DNA of 64,000 nucleotides from contig CM119371.1 in the NCBI GenBank assembly GCA_051294905.1, forward strand, positions 14,758,001 to 14,822,000, read 5' to 3'. Under the pieces are notes generated by a model. It saw only the letters and a program-made list of their open reading frames with translations, ran no database searches and had not been told where the DNA came from. This DNA is from Botryllus schlosseri (Eukaryota). Positions 36,816 to 49,739 of this stretch are shown here, in pieces. The first letter of the stretch is position 1; every line of letters starts with the position of its first letter. A program made the translations under genes and the position numbers.

Positions 36816-37505
36816 CTAGTCATACTCAGTTTCTGCGGTTATCTGACAGGCATTATATAAGACTACAAGACAGTTGCAATATTATTTGTTATATTCATAC
36901 TCGAGTTTCTGCAGTTAATATAGGACATATTTTCAATCAACGATATCGTGAATTGCATATCGGTATAGTTCAAGATCTTTCCACTTGTTCACTTTGTAGT
37001 ATTCTTCAGTCTTTCTTTCCATGAATTCATCTCACAATAGCCAATGCACACGAACCAGCTATTCTATATAGAATCTATACCTTCTGTCATTATATTCATA
37101 TACGTAGCAAACTCTACAAAGGATCAAAGCCACAATATCACATCAATCTCGTGAGAAATGTAACATAGGCTGCACAGTATTATTCACTAGTCATAACGAC
37201 TCGCCACCGCTACCTAAATGTTGAACTGTCTAACTAATTCCGACGCAACTTCAAGAAATACACGACGAATCGCCTTGAACGCCATTGAAACAAGCACTGA
37301 GCGATCCTGTTTTGGGTGGATCCATCTGACCGTGACCATTCTGCCGGCTAACAATGGGAGAACAATCGAGTCGTCACTCCAGTCATACTCTATAGTCAGA
37401 TTAGCATTAGCATCCATCTGCAGAGGATGCTGGAGGCGCTAGCCAACATCTGAGCGTATTATTGTCAATTTTCTGTTCAGTTATTTGTTATGTACCAGCT
37501 TACAG

Positions 37506-37969
37506 CCGGGTTGTAACCAAGTCAGAAGACTCCGAATCACAAGTCAATCTCACTTTTACAGTTTTGTCTCGAGTCAAGTCGAGTCATTTTCAATTCACCA
37601 CCGAGTCAAGTCCTTGTGTTGACTGCTCAGCTCCCAGTTAACGTGTTGTTACACCCACTTTTTATAATTCTGTTTAGCGATATCGAAGGGTTCCCATTTA
37701 TACTAATTTTTCTCACTTTTAGCAGTTTTGGTCGAATTTTGAAATACAGTATCAAACCAATAGACGGAATATCAATAGTGCAGTTACTTTACTATTCTCA
37801 GACATTATAATGAAATGTCGGTCTTAGCCGTCTGATTCTCGAGTCATATGACTTGGTTTGAGTCATGCGCAATGACTTGAGTCCAAGTCAAGTTTTGTGA
37901 AACTGACTAGAGTCAAGGTAAACCATCAGAAAATCGTGACTCGTCATGACTCGAGTCATTACAACCCTG
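37506..37969. mobile_element. hAT-type MITE rich in GACTC/GAGTC repeats
   Basis: CCGGGTTGTAA...TTACAACCCTG; TSD GCTTACAG at 37498-37505 and 37970-37977. Related copies near 46516-46946, 51137-53500, 56350-56527, 60060-60405 and 61505-62020. Confidence 0.88.
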
Positions 37970-38063
37970 GCTTACAGCACTGACTGATACAACATCATAA
38001 GTATATTTAATTTTGAAGCAGTACTTATCTCTATTGTATATAGTTTACATGTCATTGTTGATC

Positions 38064-38183
38064 ATGGTGCAAATTGTTTTGCAACATGTGAAGGAACGTG
38101 CAGTTAGTATGATGAAGGAGTTACATCAGATGAAGCAAGATCAAGATCATTGCGATTTCATAGTTCCAGTCTGAAAGGATGTG
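38064..38183 (+). pseudogene. N-terminal fragment of another BTB-Kelch paralogue
   Basis: MVQIVLQHVKERAVSMMKELHQMKQDQDHCDFIVPV*KDV, then joins sequence resembling the upstream flank of the other paralogues. Confidence 0.85.
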
Positions 38184-38301
38184 ATATTAATTATGTGTGT
38201 ATTTTGACTCCTATTGATTCAATATCTGCTATCTTTACTTTTGCAGCATATCTTTTGTAGCCTAGATTGTACTATTATTTATTCTTGAAGACTGGTTGGT
38301 G

Positions 38302-39934
38302 ATGATGATGGTGCCGGTTGCTATTAAAGATACAGAGAAACGTACAGTGAAGATGATGGAGGAATTATATCGAATGAAGCAAGGTCAAGATCATTGTGAT
38401 TTCATAGTTCAAGTCGGAAATGATGTCTATCACACCTACAAAAATATAATATTGACTGGTTCGGATTATTTCAAAGCCATGTTAAAACATGATACGAAAG
38501 AAAGTCAAGAAAATAGAGTTGTACTTCAAGATGTAGACTCCGAATGTGTCAAAAACTGCATCGATTTTATATATTTCAGTAAATTTGAGGTTCTTGATGA
38601 AAAAATCATTGAACTTCTTCACGTCGCAATCATTATGCAGTTGGAAGATCTGACGCATGCAATATGCGAAATCTTGATAGATTCAATATCTGTTGAGAAT
38701 TATTTCTCTACAAGAAATGTTGCTGATGTTTATGGACTCGATGACATTTCTTCAGTGTGTAGAGAATTTCTACAAGAAAATATCAGAGAGATCGAAAACC
38801 AAGCTGGATTCGGTAGCGTTGACAAAAATGATATTATCAGTGTTTTGGAATCGGAGAAATCGATTTTGTGGGAGGAAGAAAAACTGAAGGTATTGCTCAA
38901 GTGGATTGAGACATGTCAAAAAAAGAAGGAATATTTGCATGAGTGCCTCGAATTGATAGAGTTTGACGGAATCTCACCAACATTTTTGCAGCATCTTGTA
39001 GAAACTCACCCCATTATCAGGAATGATGCCAAGTCATATGAGTTGATCCACAGACATTACTTGGAAGTATCAGTTGAACGGGTCAACAAAAAAGAAAGGA
39101 TAATTCTTTTTGATTTGGACGCAGATTGTATGCGATCTTTTAATCCGGTTTCCGAGAAAAATAACTAGGTTCCACGATGCGAAGTTTACGCATTTTAAAT
39201 CTTTTACAACCATCGTTCTCAAGTCGTATGTTTACATTTTATGCGAGAATAGATCTGTTCATCGACTCGATTTTCGAAGAAAAAATTCAAAATGGCAAAG
39301 GATGGATGATATGTTATGTCGCCATGGTACATATCCTTCCTCGGTGTCATTGTGCGGATCAATATTTGTCCTCGGAGGAAGTTACGACCCGGAACTAAAT
39401 TTTGTGGAACGGTTTGATCCTTCTTTAAATCGATGGTTTCTAATAGAAAACAACCATGCAGCAGATTATGGTGCAAGTCACGTGTCATTGGATGATTCAG
39501 TGTATTGTATTGGAGGTGGTGATGAGAATTTCCAGGTTTCTGCATTCTGCAGATTCACTCCATCCTCATCAGAGTGGGTTGACGTTGAACCGATGAGATA
39601 TCCTGTGTGTGATAGTGGTGTCCTTGCAGTTGATCGAAAGATATTTGTGACCGGCGGTTTGAGTTGAAAGGAGCTCATCAACAATGTAGAATGTTACGAT
39701 GTCACATCAGCACAGTGGTCTTCATTACCATCTATGAATGTTTGTGATGAGGGTCATGCTGTTTATCACATCTGCAATTGGCTTTTTGCGGTGAATTGGT
39801 TGAACGATTCTGATGACATTGAGAAGTACGATATATTGAACAAGAAATGGTATAGCTTGAAAAAAGAAGAAAATGATTATGGTTATGGGACTTTGACTTT
39901 CGGACTCCAAGGATCTGCAATGGTGAGAGTATAG
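38302..39934 (+). pseudogene. BTB-BACK-Kelch pseudogene
   Basis: One extra A at ~39157-39161 relative to 13511-13530, and a TGA at 39665-39667 where the paralogue has GGA. Confidence 0.88.
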
Positions 39935-40112
39935 ATCAGTGGTTCTTAAACTGAGGGCTCTTGAGAATATGTGATACTCTAGCGTTGACTGAAAACCTCT
40001 GTGAATAATGTTTAAACATGCATTCTCAAGATTCGAGAAAGTTTCTGGTGTGCTGCAACTTCAAAGTGATCTTACATATATATTTGTTGTTAAATAATGG
40101 TCGGGTAGCAAG

Positions 40113-40302
40113 GAATGTTCCCTCTAATTTTGACGGGTCTGCGCACACTCACCAACTCACTGCGCAGACCCTTGGAAAACAGTGCGTAACGACAAAAAAG
40201 TTCATCACTTCGGATTTTTTGTACGCAACTTAGATTTTCTATGCGCAGAGACCGTGAAAGCACTGCGTATTTGCACACATGCGCAGCTTAGAGGGAACAT
40301 TG
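40113..40302. mobile_element. hAT-type MITE, duplicate of 14474-14663
   Basis: Same TIRs and the same GTAGCAAG/GTAGCGAG flanks. Confidence 0.85.
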
Positions 40303-40454
40303 GTAGCGAGTAACTGCGACATGACTGTGTACCGAGGCTCAGTTAAGTGATAAAATTATGAATTTTTTTTGACACATTTGAAAGTACTGTTTTAATGGCT
40401 TGTGGGTCTGAAGTAAACTTGTTTCGCGTTACACATTATGATTGTTGTTGCCTT

Positions 40455-40990
40455 TTCCTTTTTTACTACCTGTATCTACTTTTCATTCAGTGTGCACACC
40501 TCGTTTTTACATCGCCTAGCACAGGTGGGTGTCTGATTTCAAAGATTATTCCAAGTCGTTTTGACAAAATCCTATCTTTTCATTGTATCGTAGTATCGTG
40601 GTGTATTAAAATGATGACCTTGCTTATAATAAACTGAATTGGGATATTATTGTCATTTTACACACATTTGGTTTCATTCAAACTACTAGCTGATATTTTT
40701 GTAAGTAAGAAATTGACGAATGAAACGCAAATTGGATATGAATTTTGTGATTTGGTATGCTAACCTGCATAGATAGTCTTTTCTTTCATCATTGATTTTA
40801 CTTACCACTTGCTAACACATGTATCTCGCGTTTGTTATCAGGTCAACCATTTATTATTTTACATCGCCTAGGACAGGTAGGTGTCTGATTTCAAAGACTA
40901 CTCCAAGTCGTTTCGACACCTTTCTATCTTCTTGTATCACAGTCTTCTGGTGTGTTGACATGTTTAGATTGTAAATAATAAATTGAATTG
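40455..40990 (+). repeat. Two short copies of the LINE 3' UTR seen at 33430-33610
   Basis: Shared TTTACATCGCCTAG...GGTGTC.GATT.CA...AGTCG.TT.GACA at ~40505 and ~40858; a smaller piece near 43713-43790. Confidence 0.7.
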
Positions 40991-41293
40991 AATTCATATA
41001 AGTTGATAATTTTTTTACCCTGATAATAAAACATATCTTATTTGAAGTTTAGACTCATTGTCGCTCCGACTGGGGTAAGATATGTAGCAGTTCTAACCAA
41101 CCTGCCCTGTTTGGGAAATTATCATTCAATGTTAATGCAATTGGTTATCTGTATTTTTTCAATGCTGGTACTCTAGTGATAATAATTATGTCTGTATTTT
41201 TACTCCTAGTGATTCAATATCTGCTATCTTTACTTGTGCAGTATATCTATTGTAGCCTAGATAGTGCTATTATTTATCCGTGAAGACGGATTG

Positions 41294-42922
41294 ATGATGA
41301 TCATGGTGCAAGTTGCTATTAAACGTGCAGAGAAACGTGCAGTGAAGATGATGGAGGAATTATATCGAATGAAGCAAGATCAAGATCATTGTGATTTCAT
41401 AGTTCAAGTGGGGAATGATGTCTATCACGCTCACAGAAATATATTGCCAGCAGGTTCGGATTATTTCAGAGCTATGCTAAAGCATGATACAAAAGAGAGT
41501 CGCCAAGGAAGAGTTGTATTAGAAGATGTAGATTCCGAGTGTGTCAAAAGTTGCATCAATTTCATATATTCAAGCAAATTTGAGATTCCTGATGGCAAAA
41601 TGCTCGAACTTCTTCACGTCGCAATCATGATGCAGTTAGAAGATGTAAAGTATGCGATATCCGATATTTTGATTGAATCAATTACCACTGAGAATTACTT
41701 CTCTACAAGAAATGTTGGTGATATTTATGGACTGGTAGGTGTGTCTTCAGATTGCAGAGAATTTTTACAAGAAAATATCATGGAAATCTCAAACCAAGCT
41801 GGATTCGGGAGCGTGGAAAAAGATGAACTTCTCGGTCTTTTTAAGTCGGGAAAATCCAAATTATGGGAAGAAGAAAAACTTATGTTATTACTCAAGTGGA
41901 TCGACAAATGCCACAGTAAAGAGGAATATTTGCATGAAGGTCTCAAAGTGATTCACTTTGATAAAATCTCTCCGGCGTATTTGCAACATGTTTTACAAAC
42001 TCAACCCCATATAAGCAACGACTATGAATTGTACAAGTTAATTGCTGGATATATTTTGAATGCTTCTAACAAGGCAAAAGAAGAAAATGCTGCTACTGAA
42101 TTGATTATTCTCTTTGATAGGAAAGGAGAATGCCTCCGATCCTTCAATCCAGTAACAGAGCAAATAGAAATGTTCCATGAAGCGAAATTTCAGTCCTCGT
42201 TGAATTTCGCTGCAATTACCTTCGACTCGTATATTTACGTTCTATGCGAGACTAAATCTGTTTTTCGACTCAACTTTCATTGCAAAAATTCGAAATGGGA
42301 AAAGACCGACAGTATGATTTGTGACCATGGTATCTTTCCTCACTCAGTTTGTTCATCCAGATACATATTCGTTATCGGTGGCAGTTATCTTACAACAACC
42401 AAAGACGTGGAAAGATTCGACGCATCTGTAAATCAATGGTTTCAACTGGAGAACAAACCTGCATTGATATCTGATGTAGGTCTCGTATCATTGAACGGTT
42501 ACATCTATTGTATCGGAGGTAAAGGGGAGGATGGCGATTTTGTTTCTTCATTCTGCAGATTCAGTCCATCCTCGTCTGTATGGGTTGACCTCGAGCCAAT
42601 GAGATATCCGCTTGATGACTGTGGTGTTGTTGCAGTTGATCAAAGAATATTTGTGAGCGGTGGTTGGAGTGAAGGAGACGCTATTAATACTGTTGAATGT
42701 TATGATGTCCTTTCAGCACAGTGGACTTCGTTGCCATCTATGATTCATTGTCGTGGTTGGACTACCACATATCTAATTGGCAACTGGATTTATGCAGTAG
42801 ATGAGTGTGGCCTTTCAGATAATATTGAGAAGTATGATTTATCGAACAACGAATGGTATGAAATTCGTTTGAATGCAGGTCCATCATTTTCTGTATGTGG
42901 AACTGTAATGGTTAAGGTATAG
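41294..42922 (+). CDS. BTB-BACK-Kelch protein, intact
   Basis: Single ORF with all domains; near-identical to the 14794-16407 protein. Confidence 0.93.
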   Translation: MMIMVQVAIKRAEKRAVKMMEELYRMKQDQDHCDFIVQVGNDVYHAHRNILPAGSDYFRAMLKHDTKESRQGRVVLEDVDSECVKSCINFIYSSKFEIPDGKMLELLHVAIMMQLEDVKYAISDILIESITTENYFSTRNVGDIYGLVGVSSDCREFLQENIMEISNQAGFGSVEKDELLGLFKSGKSKLWEEEKLMLLLKWIDKCHSKEEYLHEGLKVIHFDKISPAYLQHVLQTQPHISNDYELYKLIAGYILNASNKAKEENAATELIILFDRKGECLRSFNPVTEQIEMFHEAKFQSSLNFAAITFDSYIYVLCETKSVFRLNFHCKNSKWEKTDSMICDHGIFPHSVCSSRYIFVIGGSYLTTTKDVERFDASVNQWFQLENKPALISDVGLVSLNGYIYCIGGKGEDGDFVSSFCRFSPSSSVWVDLEPMRYPLDDCGVVAVDQRIFVSGGWSEGDAINTVECYDVLSAQWTSLPSMIHCRGWTTTYLIGNWIYAVDECGLSDNIEKYDLSNNEWYEIRLNAGPSFSVCGTVMVKV

Positions 42923-44689
42923 TCACCGAGCTGGTAAAAGTAGTCTGTGTTACTGGTCGAGTACAGACGACGGCACAAACTTACACTCAGTGTCAATTTT
43001 CGACATATCAGCACTATGATTATTCAAATTGACGACCCACGTGATTAACTTGGAAAGGTAGATTAGGTCGAGGTGGGTTGTCATTTTCAAACGTATCTTC
43101 CACTGCTTAAATGACTTATAACACTAAAATTGATGAAGATTAAGCTACGGTAACACAGCTACTTCTAGGCCCAATATAATCACACCCACAGAAGCGTTGC
43201 AAACCCATCACAGAACTAGCTGAAATATTTCATAACGTACAAGCCAAGTATAGTTTTACCCCAAAAATTGTAAAGTAAGAGTGGTCTTGAAAACATCACC
43301 GCTTGGATGAGTAGTGCACTTCGAGAGAACCTACTCGAGTACTTCAAAAATATTAAGTACTTCGTTTTGATAACTTCCGGCTTCTACCATACATCACTTT
43401 TGTATGGGGTGTAGTAGATTGTTATGAATGATCTAGAAATCGCTTTCAGAGTGTTTGAAAGATTTGTATATAACGTTTCTTTGCACAATCTTTACCTAAC
43501 ACCTTCTTTCCAGCAATTTCAATGTTTCATAATAAATTGTAACTCTGCGATCACGGTTTCTTTCGAACTTCTGACGATGTGTTCATGAACAGGGCTTTTA
43601 CAATGACATATTTACATGCACACATGCCAGGTTAGAGTTGGCAAGGCTTGAAGCTGACCGAAGAGTTTGCCTTGCTAACAATAGTGATGCTCAACATTTT
43701 CAACATTAAATTGTTTCGACACCTTCCTATCTTTTCATTGTATCGCAGTCTTGTGATGTTTTGAAACGATGAAAATATTAATAAACCTGATTGATAGCAT
43801 GTGGACTGGTAAAATTACAAAACAACTTTCAACAATCAAAATCGAATCAGAAGACAAAAGCACGCTGGCAGACTCGGACAACTAGATAATTGTAGTCTAA
43901 TTGCACTAAATAAGAGCGAAATGCCAGTAATCTAATTCCAATCTAATCTGGTAAAGCTGAAAATTTTCTAGTTGTCCAAGTCTGTACGCAGGAGTGTATT
44001 TTGTCGAATGGATCCGGATCGTGATTTCGCATTGAAAATAGAAGATTAGCAGGATTTTCCTCTTAAGTATGACAAATTAGTATCATTTCAGCCGGCCTTA
44101 TTTGGACTCTAAACCCTTCGTCCAAAATGTTTCGGATACTGAATTTCAAATGGCAAGCCGGAGCCGGGTGGATTCGGAAATTTGCGAATGAGACCATCTC
44201 TGCTCTACGGTGTCTCAACCGTTATTAACTGTTTTATCAGTTAAGCGTTTATACTATATTTGTTATTACATTTGCTTTCACTGTGTTGCTGTAATCATAG
44301 CAATACCGCATGTCAAATGAAGCGAAGCGGCTGACCTACTCTCACGCTTCAGTAGTAAAAGTTCCGAGATCTGCCGAGTGATTTGCAAGTTGGGTTTTCA
44401 CATGACGCATTGACAACCGCTATCATCGTAGCACGATTTTCATATAAACGGAAGTAAAAATTGATCCACCATGAACATGAACATAGCAATGCAAAATGTG
44501 ATAAATATAGAGTAGAAGTACTAATATAAATGTTTCTCTACTAGGATATAGCTTACAAAATTAGTAGTCTATCGCTTTAAGTCAATGGAAACCACATTTA
44601 CCTCGAAAAAAGTCATGTATGAATTGCGCTGAGGACTAGCACGTCTACACCTTTTTCAAATTTCAACTAATGTCATCCAGGGCCGTTTC

Positions 44690-45250
44690 CCGAGGACCAC
44701 TCTGATTTTAATACACTCATCTAAGATTCTATACCACGAGATAAAAGCAAATTTAAATCTTTCTAGGTCCGACACGAACACTATGTCCAACTATCACTTT
44801 GAAATTGGCTTATCATTACGCGTAAATTGCGATTACCAGCAGCGCGTGTGTACCATTTTCAAAGTTAATTTAGTGTCACCCAAAACAGTTTCACGAGCAC
44901 CAATCTTGTTTTAATATACTCCAATGATCATATACTGCGATATAAAAGTAAATTAAGACAGTTCTAGGTGCGAGACGACGTCCAACTATCACTTTGAAAT
45001 TGGCTTATCCATATGCGTATATTGCGATTACCAGCCGCGCCTATGTACCATTTTCAAAGTTAATTGAACTTCACCGAGAACAGTTTCCCGATGACCACTC
45101 TAGTTTTAATATACTCATCTGATTCTATAGCCTACTGTGACATGAAAGTAAATTAAAATCTGTCTAGGTTTGACACGATGTCCAACTATCACTTTTAAAT
45201 TGCCGTATCATTACGCGTAAATTGCGATTACCAGCAGCGCGTATGTACCA
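44690..45250. repeat. Tandem repeat, ~195-200-bp unit, about 3 copies
   Basis: GTCCAACTATCACTTT...GCGATTACCAGC.GCGC recurs at ~44786, ~44980 and ~45180. Confidence 0.85.
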
Positions 45251-45269
45251 TTTACTCGCTGCTTGATAG

Positions 45270-45490
45270 ATGGTGACTCCGGTCCGTGGACATATGAGCA
45301 TGCGACATTACAGCATGCGACACTTCGGCATGCGACAATTTGGCATGCGACACATGAGCATGTGGGTTAAATTACGGGTCAGGGGTAGGTTAGGTTAGGT
45401 TTCTGGTTGGGTTAGGGTTAGGGTTTAGGTTAGGTTAGGCTAAAGAAAATGTATACTATTGGACGTGAATGTTTGTGGACATTGCCTATA
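45270..45490. mobile_element. Possible non-autonomous Helentron/HINE-like repeat
   Basis: 15-bp tandem units containing GCATGCGACA, followed by a GGTTA/GGGTTA tract; absent from duplication copy 1. Confidence 0.5.
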
Positions 45491-48305
45491 CTACATTTCA
45501 TGGTTAACGAATAAAAGAATTCTCTCTCGCTTGACTAATAAATGAATTCTCTCTTTATATCTATCTCCCTCTCTCACGCGCTCGACAATAAACAATAACA
45601 TTGAGTAGGAGAACACGCTGCTAGCTGATGGTATCGAGTTGTAATGTTTATTCGAAAGCCAATCGATGTTTATGGTGGCTTGTAGATATAATGGCCTTGA
45701 GTAAATGAAGCGATGAACGTACAGGCCGCATATCACAGGTACCGTCGTAGTGTGAGACGGAGACAGACCCTGTACCGTGAGTCGGTAAAAAACCAAAAAC
45801 TGCAAGAAAGTCTGTAAAGACACCTTCCCAGATTCCAGTCAGTGTCAACGAGTGAGGGATAGATTACAAGTATACGATATCTGCATACGAGAAAAAAAGG
45901 TTAAATTCAACCTATTTAAGCTTGAAGGCTGTGAATGTAGAACACTCCTTAGTGTGATATAGAGTCAACAGAGCTCACGGTCTACTTTCGTTTTATCCTA
46001 TTTCAAGATGTTGCAAGTGTTATACTAAACTGTCTGAAAGCCAGCCTACAACTCGTTATCGACGTTTAGGACCAATAATATATGAAAACTAGACATATTC
46101 TTAGGCAAAATTTGACGAAATATTTCGCTTTCAGCACTATTTGGTAGTGAAGTAGATTATATCAAAGTCGAATTTATTTAAGAAGAAATCCAATTGTCCA
46201 AATCAAGTTGGTGGTGAATTAAATAGAACTTGGCCTTGCTGAAACTTTAATAGAACAATGTGTATCAGGATGCTGCAGGTATATTTGCAGTCTGGGTTGA
46301 CTTTGGAGGAGAACCACTAGTAGGCCTACGTATTGTTAGAAATTATTAGACTGCTTGTATTTTTACTTGGTATTACATTGTAACAGTGATAGGCTATTTG
46401 AATATTTAAATGTTGTTGAATCAGTCTAATATTGAATATGAACCCAGTCCGATGTGGTGTAGGCTAACATGTGAAAATTATTCATGTTTAATGTTCAATC
46501 TTTAGGCCTTCCAATCAGGGCTGTGGAGTCATGACTCCATTCGAGTGGCAAATTTTTAGTGACTCGACTTAACTCGAGTCATTTTCTCAAGAGATGGAAA
46601 ATGACGCGACTCAACCTGAGTCAATCTGTGCATTGACTCGAGGTGTAGGCTACTCGAGTCATTGCACATGCCTCAGACCAAGTCATATGACTCGAGTCTC
46701 GAACGGCCAATACTGACATTACCACGCCATTGCTATTTTATCTACCAGTACTGGTAAATGAGACTGCGACCAGAAACAGTTAAGAGTGTTGAAAACTTGT
46801 ATATTATCAACGAGAAGCATTCGATAACAACAGGCAAAGTAGTAAAAACTGGGTGTCAAGTATTAACTCGAAACTGAACAGTCAACACAATGAGTTGGAC
46901 CCGGAATTGATGCTGAATTTAAAATGACTCAACTCGATTGACCCTAATCACATAGGACCAGACATGGGGTGATTACTTCATGGATGTAATCGATTGCGAT
47001 TACGATTACTTCGGAATCACGCGATTACGATTACAGCAAAATCAGGAAGTAGTCGATTACGAATACGATTACATTGGAAAAGTAATCATGATTACTCACG
47101 ATTACATTTATTTTGCATCTCAGTAGTTATATTGGAAGACAATACATGGATTGCGCTGAAAACGCTTAATGAGATAACATATTTCTTTAAAACAGATGCG
47201 ACATTTGCTTGCTACGTCATATTGTACAATGTACATATTGCCCATTTTATAAAGGACGATTTATCGCACCCAATGATTCGCATTCTTGCCAGGTCCATAA
47301 CTGCTGCACCCCAAATTCCCCAGTAGGGTGGGGAGCGTGCTCGGAGGGGACTCAAAAGTATTTCGTGAACGAACATAAATTATAGAGTATTCTCGTCAGA
47401 TTTCATTAAGTTGAAAATTCTCTTTGAGCTTTGCCATTTAAATGTCTCTAGATAGCTTGATTTCGAAATGCAAACGTCTCCCCTCAAGAAATAAAGGATG
47501 CATAACTCATAGTAATAGGCATTTTGGTGCCAGTCAATACCGCGCCCCGACACACCAAAAGACATATGCAGTTTCGGCCAACATGCGACTCTACGAAGTG
47601 TGCTATCAAAGAAAGACGTTGGCCGAAATTTGGGGTATGTGTCCATTGTCAATAGCCAAGCTGGGTGGGCGTGACTAACAGTCCGGTCCTTCCAATCTGA
47701 GCCTACGATGCAAATGCCACGCAGGCACCCACAGAGCATTAGACATGACAATTTGTGTGTGCGTCTCACGAAAGTTTTTCTTTTAGTCTGCTAAGTTTGG
47801 GGCACTACAATATCTTTTGACTATATAACAGACCGGAGGTCACGAATTAACAACATGCACTACAGTAATTATTGCAATATACCAGATGTTATAATTATGG
47901 ATTACGCGCCCCCTGCTCTTCAGGTAAGTCTGACCATCGGGGGCTGAGATAGGATTAATAATGCAATATAATGGAATTAACAATGTTATTGACAAAATTA
48001 AATCTTCAAGTTAAAAATTGACTACCCTTTGGGGGCCCAAGCCCAACGTTTAGAGTGGAGGACGATTTTGCTGTTTTGATCCTGATTCTATCTACAACCC
48101 ATGCTAACATGGTAAATAAGCCGATGGCTATGACGGCAGGTCCAAATCTTCAGTAAAGAATTGTGAAATAGCAATTGACGCCCGTTTTGAGTAGAATAAT
48201 ATGAGAATAAGAGAAGGTGAAAATAAAATTCTGCCTTCAACTTGATACAGATAATGTAATGCAAGCTGCCATTACGAGAAACGGCAAAAAACGGCGCGGT
48301 TATGA

Positions 48306-49406
48306 TAGGGTTGCCATACGTCCAGAATTTCCCGGACATGTCCGGAATTTCACTAAAAAATCTGCGTCCGGGAGGAATTTCTAAAATATGCCTAAATGTT
48401 TGGAATTTTGAAGGGTTGAAGTAGGCTCAAAAGTTTTTCGTAAATCAACAGAAACAATATTTTTTTCAAGCAGATTTATGATATTCGAAATTCTTCTTCG
48501 CGCTGCGCGTGAGGTAATGCAACGTATATTGATATTAGTATGGGCACCAGGCACCGCATTCGCCAAAATATGCAATCAAAATAAATATAAATTACCATCA
48601 TTTACTGAAATAAGTCCAATGGTAATCGCAATTATAAGCAAACGGTATAGTACTAGAGTTGGTCAAGGCTAATTGGATGCTTTAGTCACGGATAGTGGCT
48701 CCAAATCTTCGGGTCGTTTACCTTTATCTGGGGATCGCGATGATGTTGGACGTAATCACCGTCCTAGGCCGGGAGTAAGTTTGGGCAAGTTGAATTTTTT
48801 CAGTAATCAGCTTATCAAGTTTTTATCTAGGCCACGGAACAATTTTAAGTTTGAAATGAGGTCGCGACTATTAAAGGTTGGAAATCACCGGATGAGCAAC
48901 CTGCTGGTGCATTTTATAGTAGCCTAATGGAAGAATCAATATTATTGAAGAATTCACTCATAAAATTTCACAGCCAAATGCTTATAGTAATTGCCTAAGA
49001 AGTTGCATCGATTACCCTATGGTGGGTTAGAGATCAGTGCTGTTTTTGGACGGAAGGGGGCGGAAAAAATGTTGTTTCGGACCTGATTAAAATAAAAACA
49101 CACAAAACAGTATAGCAGGGCTGCCAAACACAATCCCGACAGGCCAAACACGGTCCGCCAGACGATTTCATCCGGCCAGTGGAGAAATCTATTGCACACC
49201 ATAGCAAGTAGCAATCACCAGAGCTCACATTACAGAGGGCCAAGTTCATGACCTATGTTCCACTCCATTCCTGTATACAGTCGTTTGTCAATGCTTTGCG
49301 AGTGTGACGTCATATTGTCACTCAATGTGTAATACCTCGTTTTTAAATCCGCTAGTGGGCGCTAAGGAGTGTCCGGAATTTGCTTCACAAAAATATGGTA
49401 ACCCTA
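48306..49406. mobile_element. Nested hAT-type element
   Basis: TAGGGTTGCCATA...TATGGTAACCCTA; TSD GGTTATGA at 48298-48305 and 49407-49414. Confidence 0.9.
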
Positions 49407-49739
49407 GGTTATGATATATATCAGCAGCTGTTGATTTTTAATGCTTCGTTGTGGAAACTGTAATATTTTATTTGACGAGTACAAAATTTCAAACCTTTGT
49501 CTGGTGTACGTTTGTACCAGCACATAGGCCTACTGCTCGCCAAGCAACAACGATCAAATTGCGTTTAACTGAGCATAACCAAACATCAATACAAAAGTTG
49601 CTGTTCTAAACTAGGCAGAGAGGTGATTAATTATCCTGCAGCGAGGTAGTGGCGTCTGAAATGTATTGATGACCCGATATACTGAACGGTGGGTGTTTTA
49701 CAATCACACTAATGTACATCGAATATCTATTCACTATTG

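Larger units (their letters stand above)
33900..37394. mobile_element. Long-TIR DNA transposon, probably P/Galileo-related, carrying a zinc-finger gene
   Basis: ~234-bp TIRs (33900-34133 and 37161-37394), flanked by direct repeat GTCAGAT (33893-33899, 37395-37401). TSD is 7-9 bp depending on the boundary chosen. Confidence 0.88.
38691..46400 (+). repeat. Segmental duplication, copy 2 (paired with 13053-18518)
   Basis: Same order of blocks, with extra sequence at ~40365-41250, ~44310-45250 and ~45270-45530. Confidence 0.9.

Noticed and set aside
33894..37442. Paired short ORFs MLNCLTNSDATSRN... at both ends
   Set aside because: They are translations of the TIRs.
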